From positions 128,001-192,000 of the forward strand of contig CAVQNG010000014.1 in the NCBI GenBank assembly GCA_963713825.1: a DNA stretch of 64,000 nt. The letters are read 5' to 3'. How positions within the stretch are numbered: position 1 is the first letter of the stretch; the number at the start of each line of letters is the position of its first letter. Origin of the DNA: an uncultured Acidobacteriota bacterium (lineage in GTDB: Bacteria > Acidobacteriota > Thermoanaerobaculia > Multivoradales > JAHEKO01). Below the pieces are notes generated by a model, which worked only from the letters and a program-made list of their open reading frames with translations, had not been told where the DNA came from and made no database searches. Positions 1 to 8,781 of this stretch are shown in pieces. The position numbers and the translations under genes were made by a program.

Positions 1-1
1 C

Positions 2-328
2 GCCGCGGTCGTCTGCTTGCCGATGGCGTTCCCAGTGGCCGCCAGCACTTCCACCAACTGGCTGCTGATCAGCTACCTCGGAGTCGTTCAGGTCGGTCTG
101 GCCTACGTGATTTTCACTCGTGCCTTGGGGAGACTCCCCGCCCTGGAGGTCTCGCTGCTGCTGTTGATCGAGCCTGTGCTCAATCCGCTGTGGGCCTGGT
201 TGCTTCACGGCGAAACCCCAGGACTCGGTGCGCGCCTGGGGGGACTGTTGATTCTGCTGGCTACGGCAGCGGCGAGCCTGCTGGGAGCTCGTCAGTCTGG
301 AGTGTCATCTTCGACGACCGGGCAGTGA
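2..328 (+). CDS. DMT/EamA family transporter, C-terminal part (5' truncated)
   Basis: Frame is open from the window edge. Hydrophobic helices and the LIEPVLNPLWAWLLHGE motif are typical of the EamA C-terminus. Confidence 0.85.
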   Translation, partial: AAVVCLPMAFPVAASTSTNWLLISYLGVVQVGLAYVIFTRALGRLPALEVSLLLLIEPVLNPLWAWLLHGETPGLGARLGGLLILLATAAASLLGARQSGVSSSTTGQ

Positions 329-996
329 CGATCTCTTCTTGCAGAGAGATCCTGCTTGACGTGATGTTTGAATTCCTGCGGGTCGGCATTACATTCGAAG
401 CTCGCCCTATAGGTGGGGATGTCCACTTCTTCGAGATTCATCCGTAGGGTCTGGAATGGGCGGGGCAAGTGCTGACCCGGCACTTGGACGTGATGCAGTC
501 CACCGCTGTAGGCGATGAGCATCTTGCCTTCGGGAATCGCAGCGAGGATGTCAGCGATACCTCCCCTGACGGTCATCGGATTGCCGTGCCGGTCGAGACC
601 GTCGGCTCGTTTCATTCGACCCTCGGGAAGAATGATGATCATGACGTCTTCAGTGACCCTGTCCAGAACCGCCTTCCAGGTGTGATCCGCCTGACGGGTG
701 ATAGGCAACATGTGCGGGGCCAACAGCCTGAAGAACCGACCTACCAATGGTCGATTGATGGTCTTCTCGGCGATTGGCACCATGGCATGCCCCGAGATTC
801 TCCACAGGAAGCTGAGTGGGACCCCGCCTGCATACAACCATTCGAAAAGGCTTGTGTGATTGAGCATCGTGAGCACCTTGTAGGGCCCCCATGGGTGCTC
901 GGGAACGGGCTCGATCCAGCGAAAATCGAAGCGGTAGAAGATCCGGGTACCGACCCAGATCAGGAAGAGGACAAAGAAATTGAAGATCCTTCGCAC
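292..996 (-). CDS. Lysophospholipid/PlsC-like acyltransferase
   Basis: NHTSLFE (HxxxxD/E) and ILPEGRM motifs, with an N-terminal hydrophobic segment. Confidence 0.75.
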   Translation of the reverse strand: MRRIFNFFVLFLIWVGTRIFYRFDFRWIEPVPEHPWGPYKVLTMLNHTSLFEWLYAGGVPLSFLWRISGHAMVPIAEKTINRPLVGRFFRLLAPHMLPITRQADHTWKAVLDRVTEDVMIIILPEGRMKRADGLDRHGNPMTVRGGIADILAAIPEGKMLIAYSGGLHHVQVPGQHLPRPFQTLRMNLEEVDIPTYRASFECNADPQEFKHHVKQDLSARRDRHCPVVEDDTPD

Positions 997-1146
997 GTCG
1001 GAAAGAGTTCTAGTGGTCAGTCCATTGGAGTTGGTGCGGTTGACAGAGCACTCCCGAAGCCGGTTGTCGAATCTCGGAAGTTTCTCACATCTTGGGTATA
1101 GCTCCTGAATGGAGCCGTGCCATCGTGCGGTAGGATACCGCCTGCC

Positions 1147-1935
1147 ATGATCAAGATCGATCTTTCAGGAAAACGCTACCTGGTGATGGGTGTCGCCAAC
1201 AAACGCAGCCTCGGCTGGGCGATCGCCGACCAACTTCGAGAGGCCGGCGCAGAGCTGGCATTCACCTATCAGGCCGAACGGCTGCGCGGTGAGCTCGAGA
1301 AGCTGACCGCCGACATGCCTGGGACGCTGCTGTATCAGTGCGATGTGACCGACGAGGCGGAGCTCGACGCGGCCTTCTCGTCGCTCGAGGGGAGCTGGGG
1401 AGGCCTGGACGGCATCGTCCATGCGATCGCCTTCGCGCCGCGAGCCGCCATGGAGGGGCGATACATCGACACCTCTCGGGACGACTGGTTGATGGCACTG
1501 GAGATCTCTGCGTTTTCGCTGGTCTCAGTGGCCAGGAAGGCGGAGCCTCTACTGGGGGAGGGAGCCGGAATCGTCACGTTGAGTTACTACGCAGCCGAAA
1601 AAGTGGTCCCCAAGTACAACGTGATGGCGATCGCCAAGAGTGCCCTGGAGGCCAGTGTCCGCTACCTGGCTTACGAGCTGGGGCCCAAAGGCGTGCGTGT
1701 CAACGCAGTCTCGGCGGGACCGGTCCGAACCGTGGCGGCGCGTAGCATCCCGGGCTTCGTGAAGCTCTTCAACCGCTTCGCCGAAGTGGCGCCGCTAGGT
1801 CGCAATATCACTCACGAGGAAGTGGGGCAGCTCGGTCTCTTCTTGCTGTCGCCGATGTCGTCCGGCATTACTGGAGAGGTCGTTTACGTCGACGCTGGTT
1901 TCCACACCATGGGGATGGAAATCCCCAGCGAGTAG
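1147..1935 (+). CDS. fabI: Enoyl-ACP reductase
   Basis: GVANKRSLGWAIA, HAIAFAP, catalytic YNVMAIAK and VNAVSAGPVRT motifs. ATG at 1147 chosen as start. Confidence 0.95.
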   Translation: MIKIDLSGKRYLVMGVANKRSLGWAIADQLREAGAELAFTYQAERLRGELEKLTADMPGTLLYQCDVTDEAELDAAFSSLEGSWGGLDGIVHAIAFAPRAAMEGRYIDTSRDDWLMALEISAFSLVSVARKAEPLLGEGAGIVTLSYYAAEKVVPKYNVMAIAKSALEASVRYLAYELGPKGVRVNAVSAGPVRTVAARSIPGFVKLFNRFAEVAPLGRNITHEEVGQLGLFLLSPMSSGITGEVVYVDAGFHTMGMEIPSE

Positions 1936-1947
1936 CCGGAACCGAAG

Positions 1948-3042
1948 CTACTCTTTTCGACGCAGCGCTTCGTAGTGCTCGATGCGTTTGGAGAGCAGGT
2001 TCTTCTCCATCGCCAGACCGGCCTGGAGGATGAGAAGCTCCAGTTCCTCCAGCCAACCGCTACTGGCACCCTCTGCAAGCTGGTCCCCGTACAAGACGAG
2101 CAAGACCTGATCGTTGACGGTCAGCGGTACCGCAAGGGACTCGCCGTCCGCTGACCCTCCGAGCGCAGCCAGAATGCTGTGGTTCCATTCGGTGTCGGAG
2201 AGAATCTCGAGGACGGCCTCTTTGCGTTCCGCCGCCTCGCTCAAAATCGAGGCCTGATCTAGCGGAATCATCAACTGGCGCAGACGTGTTTCGGCCTGCT
2301 CGTCACTCGAGTCCATACCGAATTGGCCCATGACCCCAAAGCCGTCCAGACGCACGACGAAGAAGATGCCGCGGCCAAAAAGGTCCTGGGCGAAGCTGAG
2401 GATCTTCTGAGTTATCTCGCCAGTGAACTCGGGTGAACGGATCTCTCCCATGATGGACTTCAGGGAAGTGAGATCGCGATTCGAAGGCTCGGCCCCGATG
2501 GAAGCGAGCTCGATTTCGCCCGTTTCCGCGAGATCTGCTTCCTCCAAACGTGCTGCGAGCTCCGACAAGACTGCGTCGGTTTCGAGGCCTTCCCTGATTA
2601 GAAAATCAGCGGCATCGACTTCGATCTCACCGTAGTCGGAGAGCTTGACCGGGTCGAACTTGAAGAAGCCGCTCTTCCAGGTCATGAACTCGAGAATGAC
2701 CTTCTCGGTCTGCTGGTGGACGATGCGCTCCAGGGTCGCTTCATCGACAGCGTCCATTTCTCGCAGGATACTGCCGAGGCGCTGTTCGTGATCAGCGAGG
2801 TGCTGGAGCTCCAGGGCCGAGGTGAGTTGAGTCTCGTCGATGATGCGTTGGAGCAGCAGGAGGTTGCCTAGCGTCTGCCGTGCCGAACTGGAGGCTGCGT
2901 AGACGATCATTCCCTCGCGGAAGACGATGATCCCTTCGCGATCTCGCCGCGTCAGCTTCAATTTGCCGGTTTTCTTGGCGTCGGCAATGGCATGCAGAAG
3001 CTCGGGTAGCTCGACTTCATCCAGCTTTCCGACAAGGCTCAT
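1948..3042 (-). CDS. DUF4388 domain protein with C-terminal GAF-like domain
   Basis: N-terminal MSLVGKLDEVELPELL...KTGKL...G.IVFREG and W.SG.F.F; C-terminal AVPLTVNDQVLLVLYGD. Confidence 0.75.
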   Translation of the reverse strand: MSLVGKLDEVELPELLHAIADAKKTGKLKLTRRDREGIIVFREGMIVYAASSSARQTLGNLLLLQRIIDETQLTSALELQHLADHEQRLGSILREMDAVDEATLERIVHQQTEKVILEFMTWKSGFFKFDPVKLSDYGEIEVDAADFLIREGLETDAVLSELAARLEEADLAETGEIELASIGAEPSNRDLTSLKSIMGEIRSPEFTGEITQKILSFAQDLFGRGIFFVVRLDGFGVMGQFGMDSSDEQAETRLRQLMIPLDQASILSEAAERKEAVLEILSDTEWNHSILAALGGSADGESLAVPLTVNDQVLLVLYGDQLAEGASSGWLEELELLILQAGLAMEKNLLSKRIEHYEALRRKE

Positions 3043-3214
3043 GGTGTCTTCGACTCTCGAGGGTGCGTTGGAGCGGGGCAACGCCCGATTCCGGCTCCAG
3101 ATCGCCGGCAGCATACCATCGGAGATCGTAGACTTCCGTGAATTGGTTCACTGGTAGAGGTCACGAGCCCTTTGAGCCTGGGACTGTGCTGATCAGCACT
3201 ATCTGCGGGAGGTA

Positions 3215-3365
3215 CGTCCGGGTGGTCCGCCGGGGGACGGCGTCGGCTACTCAGACTGCGACGGTGGGCCGCCACCTCGTCTCGTCATCGCGCCCCATCT
3301 GCTGTGCTCTATGAAAGACCTTGCGCCGCGCTCGACTCGGCGCCCCCTGTCGAACCACCCGGACG
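3215..3365. repeat. Imperfect long inverted repeat (intergenic hairpin, REP/MITE-like)
   Basis: CGTCCGGGTGGTCCGCCGGGGG (3215-3236) is nearly complementary to CCCCCTGTCGAACCACCCGGACG (3343-3365). The outer 12 bp pair perfectly. Confidence 0.6.
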
Positions 3366-3616
3366 GCCCTCTGGCACCGGTGAGGGTGGTAGGGGCTTAG
3401 GGGCTTGAGGGCGTAGGGGTGAGTCAGCAATCCGATTCTTGCTGTGTCTCGAAGGTGGTAGATCGGGCCATGGGTCTCCCTCGTCGGAGGGGCATGGTCG
3501 GGTGAGGCCGCAGACGGGGGAGATCCCTGGTTCGATCGGCCGTCTCGACCCCCAAGCCCTCAGAGTACTCCCGGCGGAGAGCCGGGCGCCTCAACCCAGG
3601 GCGGGTGGTTGGGGTT

Positions 3617-6600
3617 TCATCGAAAGTCATGGCTGGGGGCCTCGGCGAGGTCGGGAAGGCGCCAGAGCCTGTCGGCCTTGACGGAAAGGGTCCCATCCCG
3701 TTTCTGTAGCACGCCCTCGACAACGAGGCCGGGGGAGCGCACGATGAGCTGCCGGTGCTCTTGGAGCAGAGCGGGCATGACGATGGCCTGGGACATGCCG
3801 CTCTCGTCCTCGAGCGTGAGGAACAGAATGCCTTTGGCTGTTCCCGGCCTTTGGCGCACGGTAACAGCCCCCGCCGTCCGCACCCGTTGACCATTGGGAA
3901 CGCAGTGCAGATCGGCAGCAGGGGTGACTCCCTGTCGGTTCAGGCTCGCACGTAGATGCTCCAGCGGATGGGGCCCGGTCGTCATCCCGGTTCCGGCGTA
4001 GTCGGAGAGGGTCTCGTCGTAGGGGGACATTTCTGGAAGGGGAGAGGCTCTGCCTTCTCCCTCCCGACTCGGGTCCTGGGTCCTGGGTGGGTGGGGGAGC
4101 CCAAGCCCCGGGTCCCACTGCCCAGGACCATTTCCCTCGAAGAGGGGACCGGCGGGGCGGGCTGCGCGGGCTACCTGCCATAGAGCGCCGCGTCGGGTGG
4201 CGCCCAGAGAGGCCAAAGCCCCGATCTCTGCCAGGACATCCAACTCCTCGCGCCGCAGTCGGCAGCGTCGCACCAGATCGTCGGCGTTGGAGAAGGTTCT
4301 ACGCTCCTGGGCCCACTCGATGGCTTCACCGGACTCCTTGCGGAGGCCCCTGACGAAGCGCAGACCGAGTCGGGCAGCACCGACAGGGTCCTGGGTCCTG
4401 GGCCCTGGGTCCTGGGTTCGTGGTGGAGCCCAAGCCCCGAGCCCCAAGCCCGGGTGGGAGGAAGGCGAGGCCCCTTCCTCCCACCGACACTTCCACCCCG
4501 AGTGGTTCACGTCGATGGGGCGAACCTCGACACCGTGACGCTGCGCATCCTTGATCAGCGTGGCGGGGTAATAGAACCCCATGGGCCAGGCATTGAGCAA
4601 CGCGATCAGGAAGGCGGTCGGGTGGTGGGCCTTGAGATAGGCGCTGGCGTAGGCGATCAGTGCGAAGCTGGCGGCGTGGGATTCGGGGAAGCCGTAGAGA
4701 GCAAAGGCGGTGATGGCCTGAACGACCTGCTCCTGAGCCTCGCCGACGATGCCCTTCTTCGTCATGCCACGACGCAGCTTGGCTTCGAGGTCCTGCATCC
4801 TTTCGGCAGAACGCTTGAACCCCATGGCCCGGCGCAGGTCCTCGGCTTCGCCGCCAGTGAACCCGGCGGCCACCATGGCAACACGCAGGATCTGTTCCTG
4901 AAAGAGCAACACTCCCAACGTGCGTTCCAGGATCGGCTGCAAGCTCGGGTGGGCGTAGGTCACCTCCTGGCGCCCCATCCGGCGCTCGAAGTAGGGGTGC
5001 ACCATGCCGCCAACGATGGGTCCAGGTCGAATGATGGCGACCTGGATCACCAGATCGTAGAAGCGGGTAGGAGCGTTGCGGGGTAGAGAGGCCATCTGGG
5101 CGCGGCTTTCTACCTGGAACACGCCAACCGTGTCGGCCCTGCGAAGCATCTCGAAGGTGGTGGGGTCCTCGGGCGGTAGGTGAGCGAGGTCGATCGCGAC
5201 CTTCTCGTGCTGGCGGATGAGCGGGATCGCCTCCTCCAGAGCCTGCAGCATTCCGAGGCCCAGTAGATCGACTTTGATGATCCCCAAATCAGCGCAGTCG
5301 TCTTTGTCCCACTGCACGACCACCCGGTCCTGCATGGCGGCAGGCTCCAGGGGTACGACCTCGTCGAGCCGCCCGGCGGCCATCACCATGCCTCCCGAAT
5401 GCTGCCCCAGGTGCCGTGGCAGGTTCTGGATCTTGCGCCACATCTCGGCGAAGAGCCGAATGCGCGACTCCTCAGGATCGAAGCCGGCGGCCGAAAGCTC
5501 GGTGGAGAGCGATTTGGGGTCGCCACGGCTGGTGTCGTAGCGCCACGTCCCGAGCTGCTTGGCGAGGCGATTCACCTGCTCCGCCGAGTAACCCAGCGCC
5601 TTGGCCACTTCCCGCGCCGCCGAGCGGTCCCGGTAGGTGATGACATTGGCGGTCATGGCGGCACCGTGGGGCCCATAACGCCGATAGACGTACTGGATGA
5701 CCTTCTCCCTCTGATCCCCGGAGGGCAGATCGAGATCGATGTCGGGCCACTCGCCCCGCTCTTCGGACAGGAAACGTTCGAACAACAGTTCCATCTTCAC
5801 CGGGTCGACGGCGGTGATCGACAGGGCATAGCAGACGGCGCTATTCGCCGCCGAGCCCCGCCCCTGAGACAGGATTCCCTCCCGCTTGCAGAACTGCACG
5901 ATGTCCCAGACGATCAGGAAGTAGCCGGCGAGATCGAGCTTGTCGATCATGGCGAGCTCTTTGCCGATCTGGTCCTGACTGCGGCCTGTGAGTGGGCGAA
6001 AGCGACTGCGAGCACTGTTCCAGGTGATGTGCCGCAGGTAGGACATGGGCGTTTCGCCGGGTGGAACGGGGTAGTCGGGAAAGCGATAGCCGAGATCGGC
6101 CAGGGTGAAGTCGAGCTGCTGGGCCAACTCATAGCTGCCGACGAGAGCCTCTGGGTGATCGGCGAACAGTCGATGCATCTCCGCCGCGCCTTTCAGGTGT
6201 CGCTCCCGGTTGGCGGCAAGCCGTTGTCCGGCGGCATCGAGGTAGGTGTGGTGACGGATGCAGGTGAGGATGTCGTGCAGCCTCTTGTCTTCGTCTCGGG
6301 CGTAGCGCACTGCGTTGGTGGCGACGAGGGGGAGGTCGAGCTGTCGTGCCAGGTCAACGAGTGCCTGGTTGCGATGCTCCTCGTGCCGCAGTCGGTGTCG
6401 TTGGAGCTCGATGTGGACCCGCCCCTCGAAAAGACGAGACAGGTTGAGGAGCTCGCGCCGGGCCGAGTCGGCGCCACTGGTTTCCAAGGTGTGGGCCAGC
6501 AGCGCCTCGTCTCCGCCGGTGAGGCAGTGGAGCCCGGCGCTGTGCTGCTCGAGGTCCTGCCAAGCGACGCGAGCCTCACCCTTGGGTCGGTCTCGAGCTG

Positions 6601-7252
6601 CAGCGGTCAGCAAACGGCAGAGATTGCGGTAGCCGGTGCGATTGCCGACGAGCAGGGAGAGACGGACTTCAGGGCCTGGGTCCTGGGTCCTGGGCCCTGG
6701 GGGGGTGGGGGAGCCCAAGCCCCGAGCCCCAAGCCCTGGTGGGGTGAGGGGGGACACGACCACCTCCGCGCCGACGATGGCCTTGATCCCTGCTTGGCGG
6801 GCTGCCTGGTAGAAGCGGGGTGCGCCGTAGACACCGTTGCGGTCCAGCAGAGCGACGGCGTCGAGATTCAGGTCGCAGGCTCTCTGAATCAGGTCCTCGG
6901 GCAGCGAGGCGCCATCCAGGAACGAGAAGGCGGAAGCGGTGCGAAGCTCGGCGTAAGGCAGCGGCGCGCTCGCCCTCTTGCTACCGCTCGAGGATGTCGC
7001 GCCTGAAGGTCTTGGGTCCTGGGTCCTGGGTCCTGGGTGGGAGGGGGAGCCCGAGCCCCGGGTCCCAAGCCGGGATGGGTGGGTGGGAGTGTAGTTCCTT
7101 TGTCGCAGTTTCTCCTTGCGGGCTCCGGGGGACAGGTATCCGGGTGTCCGCTGGTTCGCCAGGCTGGCGAAATCGATGGTAGGAGCCGTGGTTTCCCGGC
7201 TCTTCTCGGGGCTCGGGGATTCGGTCGGTTTGGCAGGTGGCTTGTCAGTCAT
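3617..7252 (-). CDS. dnaE2: Error-prone DNA polymerase DnaE2 (ImuC)
   Basis: PHP-like start YAELRTASAFSFLDGAS, GRGSAANS, catalytic PDIDLD and KVDLLGL, YGFPESHAASFA, an OB domain, and the C-terminal SHDFR signature. ATG at 7252 overlaps the imuB stop (ATGACTGA). Confidence 0.95.
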   Translation of the reverse strand: MTDKPPAKPTESPSPEKSRETTAPTIDFASLANQRTPGYLSPGARKEKLRQRNYTPTHPSRLGTRGSGSPSHPGPRTQDPRPSGATSSSGSKRASAPLPYAELRTASAFSFLDGASLPEDLIQRACDLNLDAVALLDRNGVYGAPRFYQAARQAGIKAIVGAEVVVSPLTPPGLGARGLGSPTPPGPRTQDPGPEVRLSLLVGNRTGYRNLCRLLTAAARDRPKGEARVAWQDLEQHSAGLHCLTGGDEALLAHTLETSGADSARRELLNLSRLFEGRVHIELQRHRLRHEEHRNQALVDLARQLDLPLVATNAVRYARDEDKRLHDILTCIRHHTYLDAAGQRLAANRERHLKGAAEMHRLFADHPEALVGSYELAQQLDFTLADLGYRFPDYPVPPGETPMSYLRHITWNSARSRFRPLTGRSQDQIGKELAMIDKLDLAGYFLIVWDIVQFCKREGILSQGRGSAANSAVCYALSITAVDPVKMELLFERFLSEERGEWPDIDLDLPSGDQREKVIQYVYRRYGPHGAAMTANVITYRDRSAAREVAKALGYSAEQVNRLAKQLGTWRYDTSRGDPKSLSTELSAAGFDPEESRIRLFAEMWRKIQNLPRHLGQHSGGMVMAAGRLDEVVPLEPAAMQDRVVVQWDKDDCADLGIIKVDLLGLGMLQALEEAIPLIRQHEKVAIDLAHLPPEDPTTFEMLRRADTVGVFQVESRAQMASLPRNAPTRFYDLVIQVAIIRPGPIVGGMVHPYFERRMGRQEVTYAHPSLQPILERTLGVLLFQEQILRVAMVAAGFTGGEAEDLRRAMGFKRSAERMQDLEAKLRRGMTKKGIVGEAQEQVVQAITAFALYGFPESHAASFALIAYASAYLKAHHPTAFLIALLNAWPMGFYYPATLIKDAQRHGVEVRPIDVNHSGWKCRWEEGASPSSHPGLGLGAWAPPRTQDPGPRTQDPVGAARLGLRFVRGLRKESGEAIEWAQERRTFSNADDLVRRCRLRREELDVLAEIGALASLGATRRGALWQVARAARPAGPLFEGNGPGQWDPGLGLPHPPRTQDPSREGEGRASPLPEMSPYDETLSDYAGTGMTTGPHPLEHLRASLNRQGVTPAADLHCVPNGQRVRTAGAVTVRQRPGTAKGILFLTLEDESGMSQAIVMPALLQEHRQLIVRSPGLVVEGVLQKRDGTLSVKADRLWRLPDLAEAPSHDFR
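4071..4129. repeat. Heptamer-built hairpin element, copy D (inside dnaE2)
   Basis: (GGGTCCT)2-GGGTGGGTGGGGGAG-CCCAAGC-CCCGGGT-CCCACTG-CCCAGGA. Confidence 0.85.
4386..4460. repeat. Heptamer-built hairpin element, copy C (inside dnaE2)
   Basis: GGGTCCT GGGTCCT GGGCCCT GGGTCCT GGG...GGAG-CCCAAGC-CCCGAGC-CCCAAGC-CCGGGTGGGAG. Confidence 0.9.
6672..6753. repeat. Heptamer-built hairpin element, copy B (inside dnaE2)
   Basis: GGGCCT GGGTCCT GGGTCCT GGGCCCT GGGGGGGTGGGGGAG-CCCAAGC-CCCGAGC-CCCAAGC-CCTGGTGGGG. Confidence 0.9.
7008..7088. repeat. Heptamer-built hairpin element, copy A (inside the dnaE2 N-terminal extension)
   Basis: GGTCTT (GGGTCCT)3 GGGTGGGAGGGGGAG-CCCGAGC-CCCGGGT-CCCAAGC-CGGGATGGG. 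Confidence 0.9.
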
Positions 7253-8762
7253 AAATACCGTCGGCGTACCACTCGCCGGTGGCGCGCTGGAAGAAGATTC
7301 GGAAGATGCCGCCATCGGCGAGCTCGACATCCCAGTAGTCGCGTTCCACGGGTTTCTCCGACCACCACTCTTCCTCCATGCTCCATGGCCCCGAGGCCAC
7401 CTTCACGCGTCCCTGGATGCGGGGCCTCTTGGCCGAGCTCTCGCTGAGGATGGAGAGGATCTCCCGGGGAGAGGCGAGATGGGAGATCACCTCGAGGGGT
7501 ACCGGGGGTCGCAGCGTGCGTATGGCGAGCAGGCCCCGCCCCACTTGTTGTTCAGGGCGCACCTCGGGAGGAGGAGGGGGGGCGTACTCCACAAGGGCAG
7601 AACGCTCGGGACGGTGGCCGTTTACTGTCCGAGGTGAGCCGACGCGCTCGGGGCCGAGCAGAGCGAAGAGACGTGCCAGCGTTGTGGCCAGCTTGTCGGG
7701 AGACAGGGCGGGAGGACCGAAGAGGGAAAGCTGAGCCTCTCTTGGTCGATCGGGGTGGGCGACGATCGTGAATCCGGTGACTGGCGCAGCAGGTGACTCT
7801 GCCTCCAGATCGAGGCGAATCAGTGTCAGTAGGGTCTTGGCCTCTCGGGTAGGGGCCGGCAGCTGGATGGTGCGGAGGTGGTGACCATCGGGCTCGAGGC
7901 GCAGCGATGTGTCGAGGCGCGCACAGGCCAACCCCCGACTTTCGAGTCGTTGGCAGAGACGCTTCAAGGCCGCACCGGCCACGAAGAGAAAGGGCTCCAG
8001 GTTGACCAATGGCCACTCGAGCTCCATGCCCTCGGCAAAGTGTGGCGGCGGTTGATAGGGAACGAGGGGGCGAGAGTCCAACCCGCGGGCCTTCTCATGC
8101 AGCTGTCGGCCTGTCTCTCCGAGACGGCTGGCGACCTCGTTCTTGGGCAGCCGGGCGAAGTCACCGACAGAGCGGATTCCCCAGCGCTCGAGGGTGTCGA
8201 GTATTTCGAACTCGGCGGCGAGGCTGCGCAGGGGCAAGGGGGCGAGAAAGCTCGCTTCTTCACCTGCGGGCACCCGGTTGGGTGAGTCTGGAAGCTCTGC
8301 CGCCACCCGTGCCGCCAGCTTGCTCGAGGCGATGCCCACCCAGGTGGTCAAGCCAGCCTTGTCGGTCGTTATTGTCAGGGCATGTCCGAGGTCCTGTTCG
8401 GGAGAGTCTCCCGGGAAATGGCGATCGAGGCCGTCCAGCTCGAGGTAGGCAATACCGTCTCCTGCGTCCTCGACTCGGGGAGAAAAACTCTCGGCGATCT
8501 CCAACAGGCTTTCCTGAGTCGCTTTTTCACAGGACATGTCGCGAGCTCGAACGGTGAGATTGGGCAGCAGGGCCCGAGCCTGGGGAAGGGACATCCCGGG
8601 GCGAATGCCGACCTGGCGAGCCCTGCGAGCGGCAGCGACAACCCGGGCAGCATTGCTGTTGCCTTGAAAGATGGCTACGGCCTCTCCTCGCAGCTCGGGT
8701 TCACTGCGTAGACGAGCGGCGAGAGGGAACAGGGGGGTGAAGAGGCAGGCGATTCGGGGCAT
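7245..8762 (-). CDS. imuB: ImuB, catalytically inactive Y-family polymerase
   Basis: Y-family pattern (GIRPGMSLPQARAL, FSPRVE), beta-clamp motif QLSLF, C-terminal GPW..EEEWW...RDYWDV. Lies directly upstream of dnaE2. Confidence 0.92.
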   Translation of the reverse strand: MPRIACLFTPLFPLAARLRSEPELRGEAVAIFQGNSNAARVVAAARRARQVGIRPGMSLPQARALLPNLTVRARDMSCEKATQESLLEIAESFSPRVEDAGDGIAYLELDGLDRHFPGDSPEQDLGHALTITTDKAGLTTWVGIASSKLAARVAAELPDSPNRVPAGEEASFLAPLPLRSLAAEFEILDTLERWGIRSVGDFARLPKNEVASRLGETGRQLHEKARGLDSRPLVPYQPPPHFAEGMELEWPLVNLEPFLFVAGAALKRLCQRLESRGLACARLDTSLRLEPDGHHLRTIQLPAPTREAKTLLTLIRLDLEAESPAAPVTGFTIVAHPDRPREAQLSLFGPPALSPDKLATTLARLFALLGPERVGSPRTVNGHRPERSALVEYAPPPPPEVRPEQQVGRGLLAIRTLRPPVPLEVISHLASPREILSILSESSAKRPRIQGRVKVASGPWSMEEEWWSEKPVERDYWDVELADGGIFRIFFQRATGEWYADGIYD

Positions 8763-8781
8763 GTTCTTTCAGGGCCTCGAT

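Noticed and set aside
3510-3560. tRNA-like GGTTCGATC
   Set aside because: There is no T-stem pairing or cloverleaf.
3424-3894. 156-aa ORF overlapping the dnaE2 3' end
   Set aside because: It mostly overlaps dnaE2 out of frame and has no motifs or clear RBS.
4071-7088. dnaE2 repeats as a CRISPR array, inteins or a DGR
   Set aside because: They lack regular repeat-spacer spacing, are far too short for inteins and have no C...HN ends. There is no cas or reverse transcriptase gene and no adenine-specific TR/VR pair.
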